DNA of 63,788 nt, filler included, from Myxococcota bacterium (GCA_049322255.1; 3 parts of 3 records of this genome joined end to end with filler, not necessarily neighbours in it), one strand, 5' to 3'. Positions 22,521 through 32,695 are shown, counted from the whole stretch's first letter. Notes: generated from the sequence alone by a model not told the origin. Made by a program: numbers and translations.

Positions 22521-23354
22521 CACCGCTCCGGTGTGTAGATCTGGTCGAACACCGCGCCCTCGGCGAAGTGAACGCGGTGCGCGTTCTGCCAACCCCCGAA
22601 GGCCTCATCGACGGTGAACGTCTCGACCTGGGGAAACTGGTGGGTGTTCGCGGCCACCACCGCGGGGTCGCGCGGGCGGTAATGGTGCTTGGCAGCGATT
22701 TTTTGCCCCTCGTCGGAGTAGAGGAACTCGAGGTAGGCCTTGGCGAGTGCCCGGGTGCCGTGCTTGTCCACGTACCGATCGACCCAGGCGATCGGCGGCT
22801 CGGCCAGGATGGTGCGCGAGGGTACGACGATTTCGAACTGGTCGGCTCCGACCTCGCGTACCAAGAGCAGCGCCTCGTTTTCCCACGAGATGAACACGTC
22901 GCCGATCTCGCGCTGGGCGAAGGTGGTCGACGAGCCACGGGCACCCGAGTCGAGCACCGGCACGTTGCGGTAGAGCTTGGTGACGAACTCCTTGGCTTGC
23001 GCATCGCCTCCGTATTTGCGCCGCGCGAACTCCCAGGCGGCCAGGTAGTTCCAGCGCGCCCCGCCCGAGGTCTTGGGGTTGGGGGTGATGACCTGCACCC
23101 CGGGCTTGACCAGGTCGTCCCAGTCGCGAATGCCCTTGGGGTTTGCGCGGCGCACGACGAAGACGATGACCGAGGTGTAAGGAGCGCTGTGATGCGGCAG
23201 CCGCGCCTGCCAATCCAGCGGGAGCGCGCCCGACTGCTCGGCGATGGCGTCGATGTCGAACGCCAAGGCGAGGGTCACCACGTCGGCCTCCAGCCCATCG
23301 ATGACCGAGCGTGCTTGCTTGCTGGAACCCCCGTGCGACTGCCGTATCTCCAGC
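22520..23354 (-). CDS. sbp: Sulfate-binding periplasmic protein (5' truncated by gap)
   Basis: [43 protein letters not shown]. Confidence 0.93.
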
Positions 23355-23454
23355 NNNNNNNNNNNNNNNNNNNNNNNNNNNNNNNNNNNNNNNNNNNNTT
23401 AATTAATTAANNNNNNNNNNNNNNNNNNNNNNNNNNNNNNNNNNNNNNNNNNNN
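23355..23454. other. Artificial contig join
   Basis: N-run with a central TTAATTAATTAA (stops in all six frames) at 23399-23410. Confidence 0.95.
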
Positions 23455-23455
23455 C

Positions 23456-23725
23456 GATGCAGGCGCCGGCGACGCGGGAGCAACCGATGCGGGCACCAGC
23501 GACGCGGGCGAAACCGACGCAGGAGAAGCTGATTCCGGAACGGTCGATGCCGGGTTGTCCGATGGAGGAATCGACCCCTCTTCGCTCCTGACGTTTGAGG
23601 GCGGAGGTTGCGGCTGCAGCTCGCCTGGAGCGCTCGCTCCCTTGGCGTTCTACCTCATGCTCGGGTTGGCGCTCCGGCGCCGCCGCCGCGCGCCACTAAC
23701 GCCCCGCAGTTGCAGGCTGCGTTGA
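23456..23725 (+). CDS. C-terminus of a MYXO-CTERM surface protein (partial)
   Basis: DAG-repeat linker, then GGGCGCSS, a TM helix and RRRRR. Confidence 0.85.
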   Translation, partial: DAGAGDAGATDAGTSDAGETDAGEADSGTVDAGLSDGGIDPSSLLTFEGGGCGCSSPGALAPLAFYLMLGLALRRRRRAPLTPRSCRLR

Positions 23726-24897
23726 CACCCTCGGTCGAAGACGAGCGCATTCGTCTCGAAGGGCGTGTGGAGCTATTGGAGTCCGCGACCGCCCGCTACG
23801 CCATCGTGCTGGCCGCCCTGACCGACCACTGGTGGGAGCGGCTCCCGGCGGTGGACGAGGTTACCTCGCGCCTGTTGCTCGATGAACCCGCCGTGGCGGC
23901 CGCTGAGCCTCGGGTGGGAGCCATCGCCAGCTTCGCTAAGCTCGCCCGCGAGGTGGAGAGCCGCCGAAGGAAGCTCACAGCTCGCATCCTCGAGCTTGAA
24001 GGCGGGGAAGACGACTGGCGCGGCGCCCTCGCTCGAATGCGCGAGCGCGCCCTGGCACAGGCCAGGGCACCAGCGCTGGGAAAATACCCGCTGTGCGTTT
24101 CCGAAATGGGGGCCACGCGGCGGCTCGCTTTGCTGGCATCGGCAGTCGCTCTGGTTGGTCTGGGTTTTTGGCTGGTTGGCCTCTTCGTCTTTGTCTGGTT
24201 CTCACCGCTGTTCTCCATTGGTGTGTTCACGCTCGCGGCCATTGCGGCGCTTCTTTGGGTCATCGACAAGAAGAAGAGGCCGCTTTCCTGGGCGCTGTTC
24301 CCGGAGCGCGTCTTCGTCCGACCTGTCCGAGCTCCACCCTACGACTTGCCCTTGCAGGAGGCCGCCATCTCCCACGAGGACGGGGGGCTCGTGCTGCGGC
24401 ACGGGGAATACACGCTGCGCATCAGCGAGAAGATGCCTTGTGCCGACCAAGTGGCGGTGCTGTTGGACTTAGGACGCGTCGGGTTGCTCCAGCACGCCAC
24501 GAGGGGATATGGGGCCAAACGGCGTGTCTTCGGTCACGCGCGCACCGAGCAGGGAGAGCCTGGCGCGGTGCTAATCACCGAGGGAATCGTCGTCTTCGTG
24601 CCCCATCAGGAGGCATCAGGCCTCGTCGCCATCTTCACCGGACGGGCGCCCCTTCGGCGGCATACGTCTGATGCAGTGCTCGAGGTATTGCGCCTTTTGC
24701 CCGCAGACCTTCTGGAGCAGCTGCTCGCGCCCCTGCCCGAGGCGCTGGGGGTGCGCGTTCTGCGAAAGGCGGGGATCGAGCGCACCTATGATCGTCTCAC
24801 CGATTCCGGGGGCAAGATGTCGCTCCGGCGGGGCACCGAGGTGCTGGACATCGAACTCACCTCCAGCGACGTCGGCGCCCTCAATACTGTCTGGTGA
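23722..24897 (+). CDS. Hypothetical membrane protein (coiled region + 2 TM)
   Basis: Long ORF; TTG overlaps the upstream stop (TTGA); start uncertain. Confidence 0.6.
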   Translation: MTPSVEDERIRLEGRVELLESATARYAIVLAALTDHWWERLPAVDEVTSRLLLDEPAVAAAEPRVGAIASFAKLAREVESRRRKLTARILELEGGEDDWRGALARMRERALAQARAPALGKYPLCVSEMGATRRLALLASAVALVGLGFWLVGLFVFVWFSPLFSIGVFTLAAIAALLWVIDKKKRPLSWALFPERVFVRPVRAPPYDLPLQEAAISHEDGGLVLRHGEYTLRISEKMPCADQVAVLLDLGRVGLLQHATRGYGAKRRVFGHARTEQGEPGAVLITEGIVVFVPHQEASGLVAIFTGRAPLRRHTSDAVLEVLRLLPADLLEQLLAPLPEALGVRVLRKAGIERTYDRLTDSGGKMSLRRGTEVLDIELTSSDVGALNTVW

Positions 24898-24961
24898 GGC
24901 GTCGCGCGTGACAGGCTCGGTGCGCTCGGGTAGATGACCCACCCCGACCGATCCGGCCACC

Positions 24962-25684
24962 ATGGGACGCATCTTCGAAACGCGCAAGGCGACGATGTTC
25001 GCCCGCTGGAACAAGATGGCCAAGCTGTTCACCCGCCTGTCCAAGGACATCGCCATCGCCGTCAAGGCAGGCGGCCCCAACCCCGACTCCAACCCCGCCT
25101 TGCGGCGCGCGCTGCAGAACGCCCGCTCCGGCAACATGCCCAAGGACAAGGTCGAGGCGGCCATCAAGCGCGCCAGCGGCCAGGGGGGCGAGAGCTACGA
25201 GGTGGTGCTCTACGAGGGCTACGGCCCCCACGGCATCGCCCTCTTGGTGGAGACCGCCACCGACAACGTGGTGCGCACGGTGGCCAATGTACGCATGCGC
25301 TTCAACAAGTACGGCGGCAACCTGGGCACCACTGGGAGCGTGGCCTTCCTCTTCTCCCGCATGGGCGTCTTCCGCTTAAGCCCCGAGGTGCCCAATCTGG
25401 AAGAGCTGGAGCTCGAGCTCATCGACCACGGGCTGGAAGAGATGGGAGAAGGCCGCGGCGAGAAGGGCGAAAAGCAGCTGGTCTTCCGCTGCGCCTTCCA
25501 GGACTTCGGCCGGCTACAGGCGGCCATCGAGGCCAAGGGGCTCACTCCCCTGTCCGCCGACTCGGAATACGTGGCCCAAAACCTCATCGAGCTGCCGGAG
25601 GACAAGGCCACCCAGGTCCTCGAGCTGGTGGACAGCCTGGAGCAGGACGAGGACGTGCAGCGGGTCTTCCACAACCTCGCCTAA
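24962..25684 (+). CDS. yebC: YebC/PmpR family protein
   Basis: [47 protein letters not shown]. Confidence 0.95.
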   Translation: MGRIFETRKATMFARWNKMAKLFTRLSKDIAIAVKAGGPNPDSNPALRRALQNARSGNMPKDKVEAAIKRASGQGGESYEVVLYEGYGPHGIALLVETATDNVVRTVANVRMRFNKYGGNLGTTGSVAFLFSRMGVFRLSPEVPNLEELELELIDHGLEEMGEGRGEKGEKQLVFRCAFQDFGRLQAAIEAKGLTPLSADSEYVAQNLIELPEDKATQVLELVDSLEQDEDVQRVFHNLA

Positions 25685-25759
25685 ACCCTTGAAACAACTG
25701 GCCAGCGGGGGATGATGCGCCCCCCGCAACTGCCGAGCCTTCGCGGGGTTGGAGAGCTT

Positions 25760-26344
25760 GTGGACGCGGACACCGAGCTGATGGTGAAGGTCGCCCAAGG
25801 AGACCGCGCGGCGTTCGCGGTTCTCTTCGACCGGTACCAGGCGAGCGTGTGCCGCTTCACCTACCGTTTCGTGGGGGACCGGGCGAGGGCGGAGGAGCTG
25901 GCGCAGGACATCTTCATCAAGCTGTACCGCACGGCGGGCTCCTACCGCCCGGCGGCGAAGTTCAAGACGTACCTCTTCAAGGTGGCGGCCAACCACTGCC
26001 TCAACGAGGTGCGGCGCGGAGAATACAAGGTGGACCATCTCCCCCAAGGCCCCGGCGAAGAAGAGCTCGAGCTGGCATCGCCCGAGGGAGCCGGCCCCGA
26101 CGAAGCGCTTCACGGGCGCCAGCTGGAGCAGGCGGTGGGCGAGGCGCTTTCGAAGATGAGCGAGCGCGAGCGCGCCGCCTTCAGCATGTGCCGCTTCGAA
26201 GGCATGGCCTACAAGGACATCGCCGATGCCCTCTTTGCGAGCGAGGCGGCGGTGAAGAGCCTCATCCACCGCGCCACTTTGGCGGTGGCCAAAAGAATTT
26301 CCCAGCTGCAGTCCGGGGAGCTGCCCCAGAGGAGTCGGGCATGA
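25760..26344 (+). CDS. ECF RNA polymerase sigma factor
   Basis: GDRAAFAVLFDRY, AEELAQDIF, FKTYLFKVAANHCLN, region 4 AYKDIA...VKSLIHRA. Confidence 0.92.
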   Translation: MDADTELMVKVAQGDRAAFAVLFDRYQASVCRFTYRFVGDRARAEELAQDIFIKLYRTAGSYRPAAKFKTYLFKVAANHCLNEVRRGEYKVDHLPQGPGEEELELASPEGAGPDEALHGRQLEQAVGEALSKMSERERAAFSMCRFEGMAYKDIADALFASEAAVKSLIHRATLAVAKRISQLQSGELPQRSRA

Positions 26345-26790
26345 CGTGCCAAATGACCGAAGAGCTGACCGCCCTCATCGACGGTGAGCTGCCGCCGCTG
26401 CGCTCCAAGCAGGTGCAGGCGCATGTGGGTTCCTGCGCTGAGTGCGCCCAGACGCATACGCTGCTTCGAGGGGCGGTGGCGCAACTGGCCGCGCTCCCCG
26501 CGTTCCAACCCTCGGCGAATTTGCGCCGCTACGTGATGAACCATCTCGAGGCCCCTGCGCCCTGGTGGCGCGCGCTTTTGGTGCCGGCCCTGGGCATGGC
26601 GACGGCGGCGACGCTGGTGGTGGTGGTTTCGCCGACGTCGACCCTCCCGGTGCCCCAGGTGAACGAGCCTGCGCAGCTGACGGTGGCGATGAACATGGAG
26701 CTGCTCTCCGATTTGGAGCTGCTCGGCTTGGAGAGCGCCGAGGACCTCGAGGTGGTGGGGCTGCTCCACGAGCTGGAGGATGGACGATGA
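26341..26790 (+). CDS. Zinc-binding anti-sigma factor (zf-HC2) with TM helix
   Basis: LTALIDGEL...AHVGSCAEC; TM segment; ATGA overlap with the sigma gene. Confidence 0.9.
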   Translation: MTCQMTEELTALIDGELPPLRSKQVQAHVGSCAECAQTHTLLRGAVAQLAALPAFQPSANLRRYVMNHLEAPAPWWRALLVPALGMATAATLVVVVSPTSTLPVPQVNEPAQLTVAMNMELLSDLELLGLESAEDLEVVGLLHELEDGR

Positions 26791-27239
26791 ACGCACCCTT
26801 GCTTGCCCTGACGGCGGCGCTCTTCTCCTCGACGCCCACCGAGCGCTTCCAACAGCTGCCCGAGGCGAAGAAGGAGGAGCTGCGCCAGAAGCTGCGCGAC
26901 TTCAAGGCGCTTTCGCCCCAGGAACAGGCGCGCATCCGAGAAAACTTGGAGAAGCTCCGCACCCTGCCCCCGGAGGAGAAGGCGCGCATCCGCGAGAACC
27001 TCGCGCACTTCCAGAGGCTCTCCTCCGACGAGCGGCGTGAGCTGCGCGCGCGCTTCGACGAGTTTCGCCGGCTCGACCCCGAGCGACGTGAAGAGCTGCG
27101 CCGGCGCATGCGGGCCTACCTGCGCGCCAACCCGGAGAAGCGCGAGCAGCTGATGGAGAATTTGCGCCGCTGGCGGCAGCTGTCCCCCGAGCAGCGGCAG
27201 GAGATTCGCGAGCGCCTGCGCGAAAGGCGCCGCCGGTGA
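26787..27239 (+). CDS. Secreted basic helical-repeat protein, DUF3106-like
   Basis: Signal-like N-terminus; repeats of F/W-x-x-L-[SP]-P-E-x-[KR] at about 18-aa spacing. Confidence 0.8.
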   Translation: MNAPLLALTAALFSSTPTERFQQLPEAKKEELRQKLRDFKALSPQEQARIRENLEKLRTLPPEEKARIRENLAHFQRLSSDERRELRARFDEFRRLDPERREELRRRMRAYLRANPEKREQLMENLRRWRQLSPEQRQEIRERLRERRRR

Positions 27240-27436
27240 GAGCGCTGTGGCTCGTCCTGCCCGCGCTCTATTCGGGAATCGCCGGCGCGGCGACCGACGG
27301 GGGAGCCGACGCCTCGTGGGCGCTGCCTGCGCTTTCGGCCGAGGACCAGGAGCTCATCGAGAACCTGGAGCTGCTCGAAAACTTCGAGACCGGCCAAGAC
27401 CTCGAGCTGCTCCAGGAATTGGCAGTCGAGCGCTAG
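27236..27436 (+). CDS. Small secreted acidic protein
   Basis: GTGA overlap, signal peptide, LSAEDQELIENLELLE...DLELL. Confidence 0.7.
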   Translation: MRALWLVLPALYSGIAGAATDGGADASWALPALSAEDQELIENLELLENFETGQDLELLQELAVER

Positions 27437-27511
27437 GTCTTGAACGAATAGATCTTTTTCGCAGCCGGCCCGTTCCACCCCAAAAACCACGCTCACGTTC
27501 GGGGTGCCGGC

Positions 27512-29332
27512 ATGTCTTTGCGCAGGGTTCGAAACATCCTCGGTTTCATCGGAGGTCTCTCCATCGGGCTTTCCTCCTTGGGCGCGTACGGCGCCGAGCC
27601 CTCAGTTCGCGACGCGGCGCAAAAAGGCGTCGTCTTCCTCGCCAAGTCCACCGCCCAGTGGCAACGGCAAAACAACTGCTACGGCTGCCATGTGCAGGCG
27701 GTGACGCTCGAGGGCCTCTCGGTGGGCAAGGCCAACCAGTACGAAGTGCCCTCCAAGGAGTTGCAGGAGATTGTCGAAGGCATTCTTCGCTTGCCAGGCG
27801 GAGCCCGCACCGGGCCGCAGGGCATCACCCACTCGGGCTACCCCCGCACCGCACGCACCTTCGGCTCGGCGGCACTCGCCCGCTACGACGCGTTGGTGGA
27901 CGGGAGGCTCTCCGACGACCTGCTCAAACAGGCGCGGCTGATGCTCGAGTTGCAGCAAAAAGACGGCAGCGTCACCGGCGACCACCAGTCATACCCGGTC
28001 ACCACCGGCACCTTGCAGGCCACCTTCCAGGCGGCACAGACCTGGCGCCAGGCCTACGCGCGCTCGGCCGATGACGTGTGGCTGCCGCCGTTGCGCAAAG
28101 CCGAGGCCTACATCGTTCGCACCACCAAGGTGTGGGAGAACAACCCCAAGGGGGTGTACCTGCAGGACGTCAACTACGCGCTGCTCGGCCTCGTCGCCGC
28201 CGGCGTGGGCAAGAGCGAGGGCACCGTCACCGGGCTGGTGAAGTACCTCACCGCCCAGCAGCGCAAGGACGGAGGCTGGGGCTTCCATCAACAGTCAGAG
28301 TCAAACCCCTTCGCCACCGGGCAGACGGTGTACGCGCTGCGCCAGGCCGGCCTCACCGAAACCGACCCCACGGTGGCCAACGGGCTTCGCTGGCTGGTGA
28401 AGCACCAACAACCCAATGGTGGCTGGGGCGCGGCGGGCGCAGGCAAGGCGGAGGCGATGTGGGCGGTGCTGGGACTGGTCTCTACCGACGTCCTCACCGT
28501 GGCGATGAAAGGGGTGAGCGACGGCGAGCACGTGGCAAAGGTGCACGAGATCGTCATCGAAGCCGACGACAACAAGGGCTCGGGGGTGGCAAAGACCGAG
28601 CTGTTCATCGACGACCTCGAGGTGAAGGAGGCGAAGGGTGGCAAGCTCTCCTTCACCTGGAACACCGCGGGGCTCAAAGACGGGCTGCACACCCTCGACG
28701 CGGTGGCCACCAACCACAAAGGCCAGACGAGCCGCCGCCGCTTCGAGGTGTACGCGGGGGACGTCTTCTTCACTCAGCTCGGCACGCAGTTCACCCCCGA
28801 GGGAACGCAGGTGACGTTGCGCGGCGTCGCTCCCAAGGACACCCAGGGCGAGCTGAAGCTCCGGGTGCTCGGCGCGGGGATGAAAGACGGCTCACCGGTA
28901 CCAGACAAGGTGGTCTACGAGGCGAGCGCTCCGGCGGCGATGGGCGCGGTGGCCTTCACCGTCAAGGTCCCCAACGGCCGCTACTTCGCGCAGGTGGCCT
29001 TCGTCGATGAAAAGGGCGCGACGCGGCAGACCGAGCAGACGCTCTTCAACCACGACAACCCCGAGAAGGCACGCGCGCAGTTCGCCGAGGTGGCGGGCAA
29101 GCTCGAGCTGTCGCCGGGCGGACCGGTCTCTCAAGCCGCCGTGGTGGAGCTTTTGGACAACCGGGGCCGAGTGGTGCAGAGCGTGCGCAGCAACGAAGCG
29201 GGCAACTACCGCTTCAAGAACGTGGACAAGGGCGACTACAAAGTCCGCGTGCGCAAGGAAGGCTTCCGAAACCTGGAGACCGAGGTGAAGACCGAGGCGG
29301 GCAAGGTGGCTCCGGCGTCGATGGCGTGGTGA
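27512..29332 (+). CDS. Secreted prenyltransferase/squalene-cyclase-repeat protein with Ig-like and carboxypeptidase-regulatory-like domains
   Basis: QQKDGS, QRKDGGW and QQPNGGW repeats; CYGCH; WNT..L.DG.HTL Ig motif; GNYRF...GDYKVRVRKEGF. Confidence 0.8.
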   Translation: MSLRRVRNILGFIGGLSIGLSSLGAYGAEPSVRDAAQKGVVFLAKSTAQWQRQNNCYGCHVQAVTLEGLSVGKANQYEVPSKELQEIVEGILRLPGGARTGPQGITHSGYPRTARTFGSAALARYDALVDGRLSDDLLKQARLMLELQQKDGSVTGDHQSYPVTTGTLQATFQAAQTWRQAYARSADDVWLPPLRKAEAYIVRTTKVWENNPKGVYLQDVNYALLGLVAAGVGKSEGTVTGLVKYLTAQQRKDGGWGFHQQSESNPFATGQTVYALRQAGLTETDPTVANGLRWLVKHQQPNGGWGAAGAGKAEAMWAVLGLVSTDVLTVAMKGVSDGEHVAKVHEIVIEADDNKGSGVAKTELFIDDLEVKEAKGGKLSFTWNTAGLKDGLHTLDAVATNHKGQTSRRRFEVYAGDVFFTQLGTQFTPEGTQVTLRGVAPKDTQGELKLRVLGAGMKDGSPVPDKVVYEASAPAAMGAVAFTVKVPNGRYFAQVAFVDEKGATRQTEQTLFNHDNPEKARAQFAEVAGKLELSPGGPVSQAAVVELLDNRGRVVQSVRSNEAGNYRFKNVDKGDYKVRVRKEGFRNLETEVKTEAGKVAPASMAW

Positions 29333-29408
29333 ATGCCAGCTCGAGTTGCCGTCATAGCCTGGGCCCCATGACTTGCTTCACACCTGCGGGGTAGAACTGC
29401 GGCCTGCC

Positions 29409-29858
29409 ATGTCGCTCCTCGTACGCCGCCCCAAGGTGTTGGACCTGCCCGCCATCGAGCAGCTCGAGGCGGCCAATTTGAAACGCTACCCCTCGCGGGC
29501 GGGCTGGCTCGACTCGGTGCGCGCCCTGGTGGAGCGCACGCTGGCCGAAGAACCCGAAGGCATGATGATCGCCGACCTCGACGGCAAGGTGGCCGGCCTG
29601 GCCATCGCCCGCATGCGCGGACAGCACCCGTTGAGCGGCCGCAGCTACGGGCAAGTCGTCCACCTCTCGGTGCACCCCCAACACCGTTCCGCCGGCGTGG
29701 GAGAGCGGCTCTTGCGCGAGTGCGAGGCGTACTTGCGCTCGCGCGGCTGCGAGGATGTGCTTCTGCGCCTCCCCGTCGACCAGACGGAGGACGCCGAGCT
29801 GTTCAAGAAGACCGGCTACCAGGTCGCCGCCTGGGAGCTGCAGCGCACCTTCAAGTAG
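29409..29858 (+). CDS. GNAT N-acetyltransferase
   Basis: LSVHPQHRSAGVGERLL, LFKKTGY. Confidence 0.87.
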   Translation: MSLLVRRPKVLDLPAIEQLEAANLKRYPSRAGWLDSVRALVERTLAEEPEGMMIADLDGKVAGLAIARMRGQHPLSGRSYGQVVHLSVHPQHRSAGVGERLLRECEAYLRSRGCEDVLLRLPVDQTEDAELFKKTGYQVAAWELQRTFK

Positions 29859-29862
29859 CTTT

Positions 29863-30846
29863 TCAAGGCAGCCGCAGCCGCACCCCAGCCTCCGTCGTCA
29901 CCCGGCTGCGCGCATACCCCGTGGGGCCGGTGAAGTACTGGCGGGCGCCCACCTGGAAGAACAGGCCCAGCCATTTCGAGGGCAGGTATTCCACCCCCCC
30001 CGCGCCTCCCAGCCCGATGGCGATGGAGGAAAGGAAGAGTGCCGGCGTCTCGACTTCCACGTGCGCGGTGAGCTTCTCTGCCACCGGCACCGCGAGCGCC
30101 CCTCGCAAAGTCAGCCCGAACTCGGGGAACACCCGAGCGTGCACCGACGCCCGGTAGTAGGTGAAGGCCAGCCCACCGCCCACCTCGATGCCCAAACCCT
30201 CGTCGAGCTGGAAGGGGTCCAACGTTCCGCGCAGATCAGCGAAGGGCCGCCGCTCCTGCTCGGTGGGTTGGGGCGCATTCACGTTGGACTCTTCGGGGAG
30301 CTCTTTGAGCTGCACGTCGATTTCGGTGGCGCGGCCCGAGCGGACGATGACCTCTTGTTTGGCGCCCAGCTTCCCGTCGGCGCTCTTTGCCTCCAACAGG
30401 TGCAGCCCGATGCCCACCGTCGAGCGCAGCGGGGTCACCCCGAGCAGCTTTCCGTCGAGCATCACCCGCACCCCCGGCTCCGCGGTGCGCACCGCAAGCT
30501 CCCCCGACAGCCGCGAGCGCAGGCCGTCGAGCATCTTCACCACCGCCGGGTCCACCCGCGCAGGATCCAGCGCGGCCATCGGATCGGCCTCCAGCGCCAA
30601 GCCGAAGGCCTCCTCGGCGCGCGAGAAGTCCTGCTGGGCAGCGTACGCCTGCCCTCGCAAGAGGTGAACGCGCGCCAAGGTCTGCGGATCGCCGGCGTCG
30701 CTGGCTGCCAGCTCGAGCGACTTGAGCGCCCCCGAGAAGTCTCCCTTCCTGAACTGGCGCTGGCCGGCCTCGAGGTGATTGGGAGACGAACGCCCCTTCG
30801 ACGGCGCGGCGAGAAGCAAGGTCGTCAAAAGAAGGGCCGGCGTCAT
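29863..30846 (-). CDS. Secreted TPR + PEGA + C-terminal beta-barrel-like protein
   Basis: Signal peptide, TPR-like helices, PGVRVMLDG..LGVTP, amphipathic strands ending AGVRLRLP. Confidence 0.78.
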   Translation of the reverse strand: MTPALLLTTLLLAAPSKGRSSPNHLEAGQRQFRKGDFSGALKSLELAASDAGDPQTLARVHLLRGQAYAAQQDFSRAEEAFGLALEADPMAALDPARVDPAVVKMLDGLRSRLSGELAVRTAEPGVRVMLDGKLLGVTPLRSTVGIGLHLLEAKSADGKLGAKQEVIVRSGRATEIDVQLKELPEESNVNAPQPTEQERRPFADLRGTLDPFQLDEGLGIEVGGGLAFTYYRASVHARVFPEFGLTLRGALAVPVAEKLTAHVEVETPALFLSSIAIGLGGAGGVEYLPSKWLGLFFQVGARQYFTGPTGYARSRVTTEAGVRLRLP

Positions 30847-32582
30847 TGCGTGAGGGCGATTCGCAGCACACGCGGCCGCCCAGACGCAACTTTTATCTGT
30901 CGTTCCTCGCTTCGAAAACCCATTCGATCGACTCGAACTTTGTGCTTGCCTACCGGCAGCTCGAGCAACAACGGCGTCCGGCCCTTCGGCACTCCGTTGA
31001 TGCTGACCTCCGCCCAGTACGGCTCTCCGCGGTGGGTGGTGATGACGTTGAGCTTCCCGGTGCCTTTGCGGGCGCGCTTCCTGGGGGTAGGCTCGACCGC
31101 TGGGCCCGCATCGGGCTCGTCATTTTCCGCCACCTCCTCGTCCGCGACGTCACCCCCGTCTACCATGTCGAATGCTTCGCCGACGTCTTCGTCCCCGGCA
31201 TCCGCCTCGGCGGTGAGGTCGAGCGCCCATTCCTCCTGAGTGTTCTCCTCGGTCGACACCTCCGCCGATGGCAGCGTTTTCGGCCAGAGAGTGACCGCCG
31301 CCGCACCCGAAGCGAGGAGCACGAGCGCCAACGAAACGAGCACCGGCGAGCGGCGCGAACGCACCGAGCGCACGAGCTCGCCGGTGTCTGGCCCCTGGTG
31401 CGGTGTGCTCCCAGAACGCTCGGCGACGGTGGGCATCGACCTGGGGGGTTCCGACGTCGGCGAAGCCGACGATGCCGGGGGCAGCTGGCCCGGTGGCCGC
31501 GAGACCACCGACCCCAGCGAGGCCTTCGCCACCTGCCGCCAAGAGGGCGAGGTGAGCGGCGTCTGTCCCGCCGGTGACGACGGCGGCAACGGCCGCGCGT
31601 GGGAGGCGCCCGCCGACAGCCGTGCCGCCTCCAGCGCCTGGAGCAGCTCGCCCCCGGAGGCGAACCGGTCTTCCGGGCGCTTGGCGAGGGCGCGGGTGAC
31701 GACGTCGGCCACCGTAGGGGGAATCCAGGGAGCGCGCTGCACCAAGTCGGGCGGCGGCGCGTGCGCCTGCATCTGGATGATTTGCAGCTCGCTGTCCGCC
31801 TCGAAGGGCAAGGTGCCGGTGAGGCACTCGAAGAGCACCACCGCCAGTGCATAGAGGTCGGCGCGGTGGTCGACGTCGCGAATGCCCAGCGCCTGCTCGG
31901 GGGACATGTACTGCGGAGTGCCCATCACCACTCCGGTACGGGTGAGCAGCTCGCCGCTCTTCGAGGGCCGCAAGATGCCGAAGTCGAGAATGGTGGCGTG
32001 CCCGTCGGGCCCGAGGAAGATGTTCCCCGCCTTGATGTCTCGGTGCACGTAGCCCTTGGCGTGGATGAAGTCCAACCCCGAGGCCAGCTGCGCCATCAGC
32101 GCCATCGTCTCGTCGAGCGTCAGCCCACCCTTCTCCCGCAAGAGCTCGGCGAGTGTCTGCCCCTCGAGCTTCTTCATCACCATGAAGGGGCGGTTCTCCA
32201 CCCGCCCCACCGCGTACACCGGGACGATGTTCGGGTGCTCCAGCGAGGCGGTCAGCCGCGCCTCACGCTCGAAGCGGGTGGTGATCTCCTCATCCCCCAC
32301 CAAGGCACGCGAAAGAATCTTCACCGCCACCGGTCGATCGAGCTGGAGGTCGTGGGCCAGGTACACCGTACCCATTCCCCCCTCGCCGATTTTTTTCTCC
32401 AGCCGCCACTTGCCGTCGAGCACGTCGTTGAGCCGCACGCGCACGAAGGTCGGCTCGTCACCGTCGCGACGCTCCGGGCGCACGTAGCCGCACTTGCCGC
32501 AGCCGGCGGCGTTCTCCTCCAAGGTCTGGCCGCAGTTGGGGCAGTTCACGGCTGTAGGGGCGCGCCCGTTCTTCGCAAACAT
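30843..32582 (-). CDS. Membrane Ser/Thr kinase with N-terminal Zn ribbon and C-terminal PEGA
   Basis: CPNC..CGKC, GEGGMG, VAVK, HRDIKAGN, DFG, GTPQYMSPE, TM, PEGA; start 32582 or GTG 32549. Confidence 0.92.
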   Translation of the reverse strand: MFAKNGRAPTAVNCPNCGQTLEENAAGCGKCGYVRPERRDGDEPTFVRVRLNDVLDGKWRLEKKIGEGGMGTVYLAHDLQLDRPVAVKILSRALVGDEEITTRFEREARLTASLEHPNIVPVYAVGRVENRPFMVMKKLEGQTLAELLREKGGLTLDETMALMAQLASGLDFIHAKGYVHRDIKAGNIFLGPDGHATILDFGILRPSKSGELLTRTGVVMGTPQYMSPEQALGIRDVDHRADLYALAVVLFECLTGTLPFEADSELQIIQMQAHAPPPDLVQRAPWIPPTVADVVTRALAKRPEDRFASGGELLQALEAARLSAGASHARPLPPSSPAGQTPLTSPSWRQVAKASLGSVVSRPPGQLPPASSASPTSEPPRSMPTVAERSGSTPHQGPDTGELVRSVRSRRSPVLVSLALVLLASGAAAVTLWPKTLPSAEVSTEENTQEEWALDLTAEADAGDEDVGEAFDMVDGGDVADEEVAENDEPDAGPAVEPTPRKRARKGTGKLNVITTHRGEPYWAEVSINGVPKGRTPLLLELPVGKHKVRVDRMGFRSEERQIKVASGRPRVLRIALTQ

Positions 32583-32695
32583 AGCAGGAGTGACCTTTGG
32601 CCGATTGCGCCCCCCCGGCGCTGGCTGGAGCGGCAAGGCCACCAGGCGCTTCGCGGCCGTTTCTGAACGACAGCGCGCTACACTTGCCGCTTCAG

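Noticed and set aside
20821..23004. Long fusion-looking ORFs in the track (727 aa here; also 19763-21403, 5248-7086, 36812-40063, 1492-2826)
   Set aside because: These are stop-poor GC-rich upstream extensions over adjacent genes; the real starts are at overlapping ATGA/GTG junctions.
23399..23410. TTAATTAATTAA as a biological motif (also at 46768)
   Set aside because: Flanked by N-runs and identical at both joins, so an assembly linker.
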